Source of the DNA: Hemiscyllium ocellatum
Taxonomy: Eukaryota
Reading direction: 5' to 3'
DNA length: 64,000 nt
Assembly (NCBI RefSeq): GCF_020745735.1
Contig: NC_083417.1
Location: 63,426,001 to 63,490,000 of the forward strand
Each line of letters begins with the position of its first letter. Within the stretch, counting starts at the first letter, position 1. Below are positions 1 to 12,640 of this stretch, in pieces. The notes below the pieces were generated by a model. The model was not told the origin of the DNA. It did no database searches and saw nothing but the letters and a program-made list of their open reading frames with translations. The position numbers were made by a program, and so were the translations under genes.

Positions 1-66
1 CCTCAGATCACATAAATTGCACAAAAACAGCTGAAGTTTGCCTGACCCTGGTAAAGTGTCACTTAC

Positions 67-372
67 CACACACAGTCAGCAACGAGCCACTTCCAGCTCC
101 AATGATGGTTTGCTGATGCCTTAGTTTGCAAAAATACATTCCGGAGTCTGCAACAGTGACATTGAGAACATGAAGTGAGCTCCGTCCTTTCTCGGCGTGA
201 ATTCGCTTTCTGCTGTCCGGTTCTACTAGCGATTCTTCATTACGTCTCCACCAAAATATCTCAGGAACGTCTTGAAATATGGGAAATGCGCAGAACATGG
301 AAACATTGTCACCTCTGGCCGCTTTCAACTGTTTGGGAAACTGATCTACTTTACTCGAGGTTACTTTAGTGA
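67..372 (-). CDS. Ig V-set exon (VJ-type, NKp30/SIRP-like) of receptor copy 1; C1/TM exons would lie left of the window
   Basis: 306-nt phase 1-1 exon. Acceptor tttttttgaaatag, donor G|gtaagt. Has B-strand Cys (SMFC), C-strand Trp (IFWW), DSGMYFC and the J-like GAGSGSLLTV motif. No stops. Confidence 0.93.
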
Positions 373-586
373 CTATTTCAAAAAAAAGAACAGAAACCGT
401 GACACTAATTGTAGAAGCAGAGAAGGTAAAACAACAGAGTAAAATACAAGAACAGTTAAGAATAATCACGCACATCGAATTGTGGAACCCGAATATCGAA
501 CTTTGTTGTAAACATGAAATGCAATTAAAGTTATTCTAAAAGGACAGCTCATAATATTTAAGGGTTACAAGAGTGCTAAGGCATAC

Positions 587-626
587 CCAGAAGTGCCATG
601 AACAGAACCGCTGCTCTCGCCGACAT
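587..626 (-). CDS. Leader (signal peptide) exon of receptor copy 1
   Basis: ATG with A at -3, MSARAAVLFMALL, then G|gtatgc donor. Phase 1 joins the V exon to give MSARAAVLFMALLVTKVTSS-KVDQ. Conserved in copy 2 with one synonymous change. Confidence 0.85.
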
Positions 627-836
627 ATTGCAAATGTGGAAACAGAGTTGGCTCCTTGTTGTAAATGTGGGTAGTATTTTGAATGGTTGGGGGTGGGAGG
701 AAGGGGAAGTGGGTGTCAAAGATAAGAACGTGAGAGCATGTCATGTAATATCACTTGACTATTGCAGCGTACTGGATGTAATTGTACATCTCTGTGGGAA
801 TTTGCTAGGTCGGAGGTGCATTCCAAAACCCCTGCG

Positions 837-1240
837 AGGGAATTAACCAAAGGGGGAAAAAAGTAGTTGATCTCACCCTTATTAATCTACCGGCTGCAGA
901 TACATTTGTCCATGACAATATTGCTACAAGTGAGCACTGCACTGTCCTTGTGGAGACATTGTCCCACTTACAAATTGAGAATACCCTCCATCGTGTTGTG
1001 TGGTACTATTCACTGTGCTACATTGGGCAGATTTAAAACAGATCTAACAGCTTAAGAATGGATACCCGTGAGGCGCTGTGGATAATCACCAATAGCAGAA
1101 CTGTATTGCAGCACAATCTGCAACCTAATGGCCCGGCATTTCCCTCGCTCAGCAATTAAGATTAAGTCACTAGTTCAAAGCAGAATGCAGGAGGACATGC
1201 TAGGAACAGTAGTCAGAAGATCCCAGGTGGCCCCCTTCTT
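837..1240 (+). mobile_element. Decayed Crack/L2-group non-LTR retrotransposon, endonuclease fragment
   Basis: Degenerate REPT.GKN.LDL.LTNLP...SDH AP-endonuclease motifs with stops. Confidence 0.7.
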
Positions 1241-1289
1241 CAATGATTGCAATTTCCCCTCCCATGTGGTCGCCAATTCCCTCCAGCAC

Positions 1290-2145
1290 AACTCCTCCAT
1301 TTCACGAACCTCTGCCCTTTAACTGCAGCCCTCTCTCAACGCACAAACCTAACCACCCCCCACACCCCTGTCCTTACCTTCCGCCTAACCAACCTGGTCA
1401 GATACAACCCACCCTCCACCACCAGCCCACACCCTACTCCCAGCACCTTAACCTGCCACTGCACGATGTGCACTACCTGCGCCCACAACTTCCCACTGAC
1501 CTCCATCCAAGGATCCTGAGGATCCTTCGTCATTCGATAGACATTTACCTGCTCCTCCTCCAATGATATTTAATGCATCCATTGCACCTGATGTCATATA
1601 TTCTACGTCAGGGAGACAGGATGTTAATTCGCAGATCATTTTAGAGAACAACCCCACTGCCCAATAGCTGAATACTTCAACTCTCCCTCCCACTCCACCA
1701 AGGACGTGCAGATCCTGGGCCTGCACCATTGCCAAACCCTTACCATCCGATGCCTGGAGGAAGAATGCCTCAAATTTCGCCTTGGGACACTGCAACCACA
1801 TGGGATCAATGTGGATTTCACAAGTTTCCTCATTGTCCCTCCCTCCACATTATCCCAGTCCCGAACCTCCAACTTGACAAAGCCCTCTTGACATGTCCAT
1901 CCTCTTTCTGAAATGTCTGCTCTATCCTCCTCGCCTACCTATCACATTCTCAGCTACCTTCCCCCAACACCCCTCCCATTTACTTCTTGCACCCCCCGCC
2001 CCAGCCAACAAGTCTCATTCCTGATGAAGTGTTCATGCCAAAAATGCTGACTCTCCTGCTCCTCAGCTGCTGCCTGACCTGCTGTTTTTTTTCCAGAACC
2101 ACACTCTCGACTCTGATCCCCAGCATCTGCAATCCCCACTTTCTC
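1290..2145 (+). mobile_element. Penelope-like element 3' part (GIY-YIG domain plus pLTR tail)
   Basis: Decayed FTCSSSN.I.CIHC..C...YV.ETG...ADHFRE motif. Ends in cattcctgatgaag...tgctgcctgacctgctg...cagcatctgca, the tail shared with the short palindromic elements. Confidence 0.8.
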
Positions 2146-2249
2146 CCAGCAACACCAGCCATACTTGAAACTGAAGCATTAACCTGGTGACCTACCAAGC
2201 AAAACTTCTCGCATGCATAATAACAAAAGCACTGAGTAATAGATAAAGT

Positions 2250-2780
2250 GAAGCTATCCCATAATGAACAGATCAGATTTGAGGTCTGTCGTCCTGCCAC
2301 ATCCAGCCATGAATGGTGGTAGACAGTTACACAATTCACTGATGGATGAGAATGTTCTATTAGTATCCCCATCCTTAATAATGGAAGAGCCCAAAACAAA
2401 AGTGCAAAAAATAAGACTGAAACACTCACAGGAATCCTCAGCCACAAGTTCTGAGTGGATGATCCATCTCAGTTTCCTGCTATGGTCCCCAAGAACGCAG
2501 ACACCTGTCTTCAGCCAATTTGATTCACTCCACGCAATATCAAGATAATTTTCAGAGCCACTAGATTATGCAAAGTCTATGAGCACTGACAACATTCCAG
2601 CCATGCTATTGAAGATTTGTGTTCATGAACTTAGTGCTCCCCTAGCCAAGCACTTCAAATACAACTGCAACACTGGCATCAACATGAAAATGTGGAACAG
2701 TGTCGCGATATGCCTAAACCCAAAATCTAGACAAATCCACCCAGCCAATTACTGCCCTAACAGTTGACTCTCAATCATTA
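2250..2780 (+). mobile_element. Decayed Crack/L2-group LINE, RT-proximal fragment
   Basis: DNIPAMLLK.C..EL.APLAK.F...NTGI...WN...HPANYCP.S motif. Confidence 0.7.
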
Positions 2781-2925
2781 TTAAAAATCACACAACACCA
2801 GGTTATAGTCCAACAGGTTTATTTGGAAGCACTATCTTTCGGATTGCTGCTCCTTCACCAGGTGGTTGTGGCAACTGCCTGATGAAGGACCAGCATTCCA
2901 AAAGCAAATGCTTCCAAATAAACCT
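2781..2925. repeat. Short palindromic Penelope-derived element, family 2 (GGAGC/GCTCC stem), degraded
   Basis: Inverted arms around ggtggttgtggcaactgcc with ctgatgaagga...aaaagc; same family as 49105-49320. Confidence 0.7.
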
Positions 2926-5900
2926 ATAAGAACATAAGACCATAAGTCATAGGAGTGGAAGTAAGGCCATTCGGCTTATCAAGTCCAATCTGCCATTCAA
3001 TCATAGATGATGGGCATTTCAACTCCACTTACCCACGCTCTCCCTGTAGCCCTTAATTCCATGCGAGATCAAGAATGTATCAATCTCTGCCCTGAAGACA
3101 TTTAACATCCTGATCCCCACTGCACTCCGTGGCAATGAATTCCACAGGCCCACCACTCGCTGGCTGAAGAAATGTCTCCACATTTCCATTTGAATTTGAC
3201 TCCCTCTAATTCTAAGGCCGTGCAAGTGGGTCCTAGACTCCCCGCCTAACAGAAACAAATTCCCAGTATCAACCCTTTTTAAACCATGCATGATCTTGTA
3301 AGTTAGTATGAGGTCCCCCCTTAACCTTCTAAACTCTAAAGAATACAACCCCAGGATCCTCAGACATTCATCGTATGTTAGGCCTACCATTCCAGGGATC
3401 ATCTTTGTGAATCTCCACTGGACATGCTCCAGTGCAAGTATGTCCTTCTTGAGTTGTGGGGATCAAAACTGGACACAGCATTCTAAATGGGGCCTAACAA
3501 GAGATGTATAAAGTCTCAGCAGCACATTGCTGCTTGTATATTTCATCCCTCTTGAGATGAATGACAACATTACATTTGCTTTCTTAACCACGGACGGGAC
3601 CCGCAAATCAATTTTAGAGAATCCTGGAGTAGCATGACCAGATCTCTTTGTACTTTGGCTTTATGAATTTTCTCACCGTTTAGAAAATAGCCCATGCCTG
3701 TTTTTTTTTCCAAAGTGCAAGACCTCACATTAGCTCACATTGAATTTCATCAGCCATTTCCCGGACTCCTCTTAAACTGTCCAAATCTGTCTGCAGCCTC
3801 TCCACCTCCTTAGTACTATCTGCTTGTCTGCCTAACTTCGTACCAGCAGCAAACTTTGCCAGAATGCACACAGTCCCTTCATCCAGATCATTAAAATATA
3901 ACGTGAACAGCTGCAGCCCCAACACTGAACACTATGGGACGCCACTGATATTTTGAAAAATAACCTTTTTACCCAACGTTATGCCTTCTGTCAGGCTGCC
4001 TATCGTCAATCCATGCCAGTAGCTCACTTCAAACACCGTGGGCCCTCACCTTACTCAGTAATTTCCCGTGAGGCACCTTATCAGAGGCCTTTTGGAAGTC
4101 TAGATCGACAACGTGCACTGGGTTTCTCTTGTCTAATCTACTTGTTACCTCTTTAAGGAATTCTAACAAGTTTTTCTGACATGACCTCCCCGTACAAAAT
4201 CCATTCTGACTTGTTCTAATCCGACCCTGCACTCCCAAGAATTTAGAAATCTTATCCAGAACGATGAATTCTAGAATTTTGCCTATAACCAAGGTTAGGC
4301 AAATCAGCCTATAATTTTCCATTTTTTTGTCTTGATCCTTTCTTGAACAAGAGGGTTACAAGAGACTTTTCAATCATCTGGGATTTTCCCTGACTCCAGT
4401 GATTTTTGAAAGATCACAACCAACGCCTCTACTATTTCTTCAGCCACCTCCCTCAAACTTCAATGATGCAGCCCATCCTGGCCAGGAGATTCATCAATTT
4501 TTAGACTTTTAAGCTTTTTGAGCACTTTCTCTTTTTTAATGGCTACCATACTCAACTCTGGCCCCGACACTCCTTTATTGTTGGGATATTACTTATGTTT
4601 TCCACTGTGAAGACTGACAAAAAGTACTTATTAAGTTCTTCAGCTATTTCCTTACCTCCCAGCATTAACCTTCCTGCATCAATTTGGAGCGGGCCAATTT
4701 CTACTTTTGCCTTTCGTTTGTTCCTTCTGTTTTGAAATAATCTTTTATTATCATTTCTAATATTACTGGTTTGCTTACCTTCATATTCGATCTTCTCCTT
4801 CCTTGTTTTTCTCTTTGTTATCCTTTGTTTGTTTTTGTAGTCTTCTCAATTTTCTGATTTCCCTGTGTTCTTGGGCCAATTTATAGGCTCTCTCTTTCTG
4901 TTTGATACATTTCCTGACTTTCTTCGTCAGCCATGGCTGTCCAATTCCACTCCATCCACCCCCGCCCCTCCCCGGAAAATTGTACTTTCCTTTGGGATGA
5001 ACCTCTGTGTTATGTCCTCAATTACACCCAGAAACTCCTGACATTGTTGCTCTACTGTCTTCCTCATTAGGCTCTGCTTCCAGCCAATTTTTGTCAGTTC
5101 CTCTCTCGTGCCCCAGTAATTACCTTTATTTAACTATTACACCATTACATCCGATTTTGCCTTCTCTCTTTCAAACTACAGACTGAACTCTACCATATTA
5201 TGGTCACTGCCTCCTAAGTGTTCCCTTCCTTTACGATCTTTTACAAAGTCTGGCTCATTACATAGCATTAAGTCCAGAATAGCCTGCTCCCTTGTGAGCT
5301 CCATCACATGCCGTTCCAAAAGGTCATCGTATAAGCATTCCATGAATTCCCCTTCTTTGAATCCACCAGCAACATAATTTACACAGCCCATCTGCGTAAT
5401 GAAGCCCCCCATGGTCACCGTGACATTGCCTTTCTGACATGCTGAGTCTATTTCCTCATACATCTTCCGCCCCTGGTCCTGAGCAGTGCTGGGTGGTCTG
5501 TACAAAACTTCCATTATGTATTTTTTGTCTTTGTGGTTCCTCAACTCCACCTACACAGACTCCACATCATCTGTCCCTATGGCAATCAGTTCCATAGATT
5601 TCATTTCATTCTTAACTCACAGGGCAACCCTGCCCGGACTGCCCAACTACTTGTATTTTAGATAAGTTGTAAATCCTTGGATGTTTAACTGCCAGTCCTG
5701 AACTGCTTGCAAACACATCTTTCTCATGCCTCCCACATCATAATCATTCACGAGGACTGGTAAAGCACCTGAATGCTAACTTTCTTATTCTCATGATTTC
5801 CAACAGTAATAGGTCCGAAGTTATCCTTCCTTTTTGTTTCATTCCTAGACTGCCTTGAACTTCAACCCTGTACACATGCTAACATACTGCTTATCTTTCT

Positions 5901-6530
5901 ACTTGACTTCGTACTCCGTGTTGCTTTCCCATTCCTTTCCCCCCGACTCACAGTTTAAAGTCTGAATGACCACCCTATTTTTCTTTTTCGCGAGAACACT
6001 GGTTCCAGATCGGGTCGGGTGGAGACCATCCCATCATATCGCCCCGGTTCCAAAACTGATGCCAATGTGCCGAGAAATGGAATCCCTCTTTCTCACACCA
6101 ATCTCTTAACCACGTGTTTACTTCCCAAATGTTCTTATCCCTATGCTCAGGCAGTAATCCAGATTATAACACTTGAAGATCTGTTCTTCAATTTCCTTCC
6201 TGATGCTTGATATTCCCTAAACAGGTCCTCCTTCCTAGCCTTGCCTATGTTGTTAGTGCCAACATGGAACACAACAACTAAATCCTCTCCATCCTGCTCC
6301 AATATTCTTCCAAGCCAGTCAGAAATGTCCTGCACCCTGGCACTGGGCAGGCAACACACTATGTGTGACTCCCAATCCGACTCGCAAAGGATACTATCTG
6401 TCCCCCTAATTATGGAATCCCCTATAACAACGACTTGTCTTTTTGCTCCCCCCTCTTGAATCGCCTTCTGCACCATGATGCCGTAGTCAGCTGGCTCATT
6501 CTGGCCTCAGCTTTTTTCATCCATACAGGG
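2926..6530 (-). mobile_element. CR1 (HER1-type) LINE, long decayed copy with ORF1 esterase and ORF2 EN/RT remnants
   Basis: Minus-strand VIGDSIIRG/HVGTNNIG, LYRPP/GGF, NYRLICLT..IGKILE/LDFQKASDKVPH and RT C-terminal motifs, broken by frameshifts. (TTCTTATG)-type tail at about 2926-2950. Confidence 0.9.
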
Positions 6531-6629
6531 AGAAAATATAACTAACTGAATTTGAATTACTTAATCTACTGGTTGGACCTGTTGGACTATAACCTGGCAT
6601 TGCGTGAATTTTAACTTTGTACATCCCAG

Positions 6630-7860
6630 TTAAACACTGGCACCACCAAATCGTGACTCAATCATTATAATAATGATGGAAGGTGCCACCAGCAGTGCTA
6701 ACCAGTATCATCTGCTCATTATTGCCTGCTCACTGCCGCTCAGTGTGAGTTCTGCCAGGGCCACTTAACTCCTGACCTCACTCCAGCCGTGGTCTGAACG
6801 TGAACAAAAGAGTTGTAGTCAAAACGTGAGGTAAGAGTGACAACCATTGACATCAAGGCCATATTCGACCAAGTGTGGCATCAAGAGTCCGTGTAAAACT
6901 GGAATCAATGGATATCAGGGGGCAAACACTCCTTTGGTTTGAGTCATACCTGGCAGATATGAAGATGTTTGCATTTGTTGGAGGTTAATTATCTCTGCTC
7001 CAGAACATCTCTGCAGGAATTGTTCAACTTAGTGTCAAAATCCAAACATCTTCAGTAGCTTCATCAATGGCCTTCATTCCATCATAAGGCCTGAACTGGA
7101 AATATTCACCAATGTTTTCAAAAGGTTCCACAACTTTTATGACTCTTCAGACCATGAAGCAGTCCATGTTCAAATGCAACCAGATCTGGACAATACTAAG
7201 GCTCGGGCTGATAAATGGCAGGCAACAGTCACACCACAGAAAGACAAAGCAATGACCACATCGAATCATACACAACCACTGCCCTTGACATTTGATGGTG
7301 TTACCATCACTGAATCGCAGTAATCAATACCCTGCGGTTATCATTGACTAGACATTCAGCTGGATCCACCACGAAAATACAATGACTGCAAGAGCTGGAT
7401 AGACATGAGGAATGCAGCAGCGAATAACTCAGCACCAGACTCAACAAAATCTGCCCACCATCTGCAAGGCGCATATCATGAATGTGATGGAATATTCCTT
7501 AATTTACCTGGATGTCTGTAGCTCAAACAGCTCTGAATAAGCTTGATATCATCCATGACAATATCATCCAAATCGTTGGCACCACATCAATAGACACCTC
7601 TTCACGAATCTGCACCAACAATCAGTAGCAACAGCACCTGGAGGATACACTGCAGAACTGCATCAAAGATCTTTCGTGCATTCCAAATCTCGATCATGTC
7701 ACCAAGAATGACAAATGCGGCAGATATGAGGGAACAGTATAAGTTCTAAGCAACCGCTTGAGGGCATTGTGGATCACTGTACAGCACGTGGACAGTGCAT
7801 CACCATCTTCTCAAGGGCAGTTAGGGACAGGTAATAAATGATGGCCAGCCAGTGACACCC
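6630..7860 (+). mobile_element. Decayed Crack/L2-group LINE RT and 3' end
   Basis: Degenerate ALDIKA.FD.VWH, VPQGS.LGP.IF and FADD remnants, with an aataaatga-type 3' end. Confidence 0.7.
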
Positions 7861-8719
7861 ATATTGTATGTCCCCCGAGTTATTTAAAAAGGTCTCATGT
7901 TCACAAACATTTTTTCTCTGTACGATGCTTTTCAGGTTCTCAGATAACAGGCATCATTCACATTCCAAGAGTGAGAACACTCTTCTAGTGTTCTCACCAG
8001 CATAGTTCAGAAATGGTATTTCCAGATTATCTAACTATTGTGCATGTCATTCAACAGATTATTGCTTGCCTTTCATTTCAAGAGCGTGGATGTGTCTGCA
8101 AGTCATTCCGTTCATCTCCTGCTGGTAGTAATATTTTGCAATGAACAAATTTGTTTCCTTCCAGCTTTGTCTCTGGCACAAACAGAGATATTTCAAAAGT
8201 GACCTTATGAAATGCAATGTAAGAGTAAAATTTACTTATTTCACCAAGGTGACATACCTGACGTGTGTGAAATTGATTGGAATTTCGCATTTCCCAATGA
8301 CACTTGCAAGTTACAGAACTTAATGCACACAAAGCACATTATTATGAAGGGATGGTCATAGCATTAAGCTATAATTTTTTCTCACCATTGTCTGCATTTC
8401 CCAATATAAATCCAGATCTAGAATTTTGGCGGCATTCAGAACAACGATCGAGAGTTCTACAACTGATTCTCGATACCCCGGAGGTCTAACATCGCAACAC
8501 CTGACACAGCAGCCCCAGGTCTTTGGCAACCACCAGAATGCGTGGGTACATTAAAAACTAGTGACTGTGTGTTTACCTTTGCACAAAATAACTGTGTAAG
8601 TGAAGATGACAGACATGAACCAAATAACAGGATACCGTGTCATTTTGCTTTTTGCATTATTCAGGAGTCAGCGCAGAGATCTACATATGGATGCGACACT
8701 ATACCAATGTCTTATGACA

Positions 8720-10490
8720 ATAGACAATTGGTGCAGGAGGAGTCCATTCTGCCCTTTGAGCCTGCACCACCATTCATTATGATCATGGCTGACATCCTCA
8801 ATCAGTATCCTATTCCTGCCTTATCTCCATAACCCTTGATTCCACTATCTTAGAGAGCTCTATCCAACTCTTTCTTAAACGAATCCAGAGACTGGGCCTC
8901 CACTGCCTTCTGGGGCAGAGCATTTCACACACACACCACTCGCTGGGTGAAAAAGTTTCTCCTTATTTCTGATCTAAATGGCCTACCCCTTATTTTTAAG
9001 CTGTGTCCTCTGGTTTGGGACTCACCCATCAGCGGAAACATGTTTCCTGCCTCCAGAGTGTTCAATCCTTTAATAATCTTATACGTCTCAATCAGATCCC
9101 CTCTCAGTCTTCTAAACTCCATGGTACACAAGCCCACACGCTCCAATGTTTCAACATAAGATATTCCCGCCATTCCAGGAATTGACCTCGTGAACCTACG
9201 CTGCACTCCCTCAATAGCCAAAATGTCTTTCCTCAAATTTGGAGACCAGAACTGTACACAATATTCCAGGTGCGGTCTCACTCTGTACAGCTGCTCTTTG
9301 CTTCTAAACTCAATCTCTCTTGTTATGTAGGACAGCATGCTATTAGTTTTCTTCACTACCTGCTGTACCTGCAGGCTTGCCTTCATTGACTGATGTACAA
9401 GATCACCCAGATCTCTTTGTACTGCCCCTTTACCTAACGTGACTCCATTTAGGTCGTAATCTGCCTTCCTGTTCTTGCCACCAAAGTGCATAACCATGCA
9501 TTTATTCCCATTAAACTGCATCTGCCATGCATCTTCGAGTAAAAAGTGAGGTCTGCAGATGCTGGAGATCACAGTTGAAAATGCGTTGCTGGTTAAAGCA
9601 CAGCAGGTCAGGCAGCATCCAAGGAACAGGAAATACGACGTTTCGGGCATAAGCCCTTCATCAGGAATGAAGGGCTTATGCCCGAAACGTCGAATTTCCT
9701 GTTCCTTGGATGCTGCCTGACCTGCTGTGCTTTAACCAGCAACACATTTTCATCTGCCATGCATCTGTCTACTCACCTAACCTGTGCAGGTCTCCCTGTA
9801 ATCTCCTAATATCCTCCTCACATTTCACCCTGCCACCCAGCTTTGTATTATCAGCAAATTTGCTAATGTTACTATTAATACCATCTTCAATATCATTAAT
9901 ATATACTGTAAAAAAGCTGTGGTCCCAGCACCAATCCCTGCGGTACCCCACTGGTCACCGCCTGCAATTGGGAAAGGGAGCAGTTTATCACTACTCTTTG
10001 TTTACGGTCAGCCACCAATTTTCAAACCAATTCAGTACTTTGCCCCCAATAAAATGCGCCCTAATTTTGCTCACTAACCTCCTGTGTGGGACTTTATCAA
10101 AGACTTTCTGAAAGTCCATTTACAATACATTCACTGGATCTCCCTTGTCTATCTTCAGAGTTCGATCCTCAATAAATTACAGAAGATTAGTCAAGCATGA
10201 TTTCCCCTTCATAAATACATGTCGACTCTGATCTATCCTGTTACTGCTATCCAAATGCGTCGTAATTTCATCCTTTACAATTGACTCCAGCATCTTTCCC
10301 AACACTGAGTTCAGACAAACTGGTCTATAATTTCCTGCTTTCTCTCTCGCTCCTTTCTTAAAAAGTGGTACAACATTAGCCACCCTCCAATCCGCAGGAA
10401 CTGATCCTGAATCTTCGAACTCTGGAAAATAATCACCAACACATCCACAATTTCTAGAGCCACCTCTTCCGTACCCTGGGATGTCTTCTT
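8720..10490 (-). mobile_element. 5'-truncated CR1 LINE (RT through 3' UTR), interrupted by a palindromic element
   Basis: [27 protein letters not shown] and RPHLEYCVQFWSP motifs on the minus strand. Confidence 0.9.
9535..9752. repeat. Palindromic Penelope-derived element, family 1 (GGGC/GCCC stem), with 16-bp TSD
   Basis: Arms 9576-9661 and 9667-9752 are 84/86 complementary. catctgccatgcatct occurs at 9519-9534 and 9751-9766. Confidence 0.9.
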
Positions 10491-12079
10491 GTGAAATTCA
10501 CAACATTGTGCATAAAACATATTTAGCACAATAACTCAACGTGTTGATTGTGTCCTGGCTCGTGTTCAGCCCTCAACCAACCTCACTGAAATATGTTATG
10601 TGTTTATATAATGTTTCCGTCTGTGGGATATTTTGATGTACAGCGTGAGTACCATATTTCCAAAATGACAGTAACAGCATGATAAATGTAGACAGTTCAA
10701 ACATGTCGAATTGGCTGCAGAGCATTTTGATAGCTCAAGTGGACGCAAAATGCATTGCACAAAATCAATGGGAGAATGTACAATGCTATTTCTTAGCACA
10801 ACAGGAGCATTCCTTTGGAAGGTGCAATCTAAAATATTCAACACATTAAGCTCACTGACAAATGTTTGAGACATAATGTTAATTCTCCATTAAAACTAGA
10901 AATAATGCCTTTATTTTCTAAATGTTTCCTGGCTCAGTGTAACTTAATATTGAGAGTGATTTAGTTCTCTAGATACAGCCAATTGCGCAGTAATTATTTC
11001 GAAAGAAAAATATAGATGATTCTCTATTGGATGTTTTCACAGAAAGTAGAAGTTTTTTTCTCTAAAGTGAGTTATATTTAACATTGATATTAGATATTTC
11101 ATCTATTTAGCTTAATTGGAAAGATGGTTAATTCGTACTTGAACTAATTACCAATTATTTGGGTTTGGTTTCCATTCAGCGTTTACTAGACTTGGAACCT
11201 GCCTTTTGTTTCTATAAATGGAAGTGTAAGACAATGTGAAACGTCTCTGACAAGCTCTGCCAGGAAACGGCGCAGAATGAAGCAGCAGCAGCGGTATTGA
11301 ACTAATGACAAACTCAGAATGACAACGATGATTAAACTGATATCAGAGTAATAACTTCGGATATTGCATTTCAGAATCAACAGGTTGACAAATTGCTAAA
11401 CATAGAGATTGCAAAAGTATTGTAGAAGCGTGTGGTTGGTGGATGCGAAATTACACATACATTTCTTAAATTATACTTCTTCCGAACGTCAAAAAAGGTA
11501 ACGTGAGCGCGGTGTTAACTAGCACATTCTGAGATGCACGCAGCGTCTAAGCACAAGTGTTTCTATTATGCTATTAATCGGGAAGTTCTGTTCTCCATGC
11601 GATTGCAATGATTACGTAAATGAGAAAAAGCAAACTAGACGTTGGATCTATTTTTGTCTGTAAGTTGCAAGTGTTCATCCTTGAACGCCAACAATCCTGT
11701 AATGAAAGAAAAATACCTAAAATGAATTCTTCTGCAACCAAAACGTTCAAACAGAATGGAAAAATGGCAAACGTGAGTAATTTTAAAAAAAGATAAAGAC
11801 TAATTGAGCCGAGAAAAAAAACAAAGCTAACAAAAGACAGATCTCCACACGCGCACTCAGGTATGTTACAGTAAAGCATTTATGCAATGCAAGTGTAAAG
11901 TATTATCAGGCACTTCACAGGGAATATTATCTTTTTTTTAACCTCAGAGCAAGACTAGAGACTGAAGCTTGATTAAATAGCGAGCTTTAATAGAAGAGAC
12001 AAACATCAATTGTCTCTTATTGAAATCAATAATTGAAATATTGGATATATGTAGCTCAGAACATATCCATTAATGATAA

Positions 12080-12640
12080 AAATTGGAGGTGGCCAAGAGA
12101 TCAGAACTACAGCAAAGACAAGATGATAGAGATATAATGACATTGGAGAAAGTCCAGAAAATGTTCACTGTGTTCATACCAGGTCTGGAAGGAGTATCTC
12201 ATGAAGACAGGTTGAGTCGATTCAGTCTTTAATCATTGGATTAAGAGAGAGGCAGTCTTATTTGAAGATAGAAGATTCTTTCGGACCTATAGGTTAGATG
12301 CTGCACGATTGCATCCCCTCATGGCAACGTTTAGGAAAGAGAGCATAATCTCAGAATCAGGGATTGCACATTTAAAACACAGATGCAAAGGAATTTCTTC
12401 TCTCAGAGATAAGTTAATCTGTGAACTCCTTCCCATGGAGAGGTGTGCAAGTTGTGTCTTTAATGATATTCAATCCTGGGATAGATATATTTTGAAATAA
12501 GTAATGGAATCAAGAGTTATGGTGAAAAAGCACGGAAGTGGACAACAGGATTATTAGATCAGCCATAACATCATTGAAGGTGGAGCAGACTTGATGGACT
12601 GGATGGCCAACTTCTGCTCCGATGTGTTATTGTCTTATAG
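12080..12640 (+). mobile_element. Decayed CR1 3' fragment
   Basis: LEKVQKMFT...PGL.G.S.EDRL..F.L remnant followed by CR1-type 3' UTR. Confidence 0.7.

Noticed and set aside
71-77. CACAGTC (also 61244-61250) as an RSS heptamer at the V exon end
   Set aside because: It lies inside coding sequence, is non-consensus, and has no ACAAAAACC-like nonamer at 12 or 23 bp.
373-475. Hydrophobic N-terminus of ORF 59-475 (MCVIILNCSCILLCC...) as a signal peptide
   Set aside because: It is the T-rich intron and polypyrimidine tract. The same stretch is 2 nt out of frame in copy 2, and a proper conserved leader exon exists at 587-626.
9535-9752. Palindromic elements as MITEs or CRISPR-like repeats
   Set aside because: They have long variable TSDs, variable centres and homology to Penelope termini, and there are no regularly spaced repeat-spacer units.
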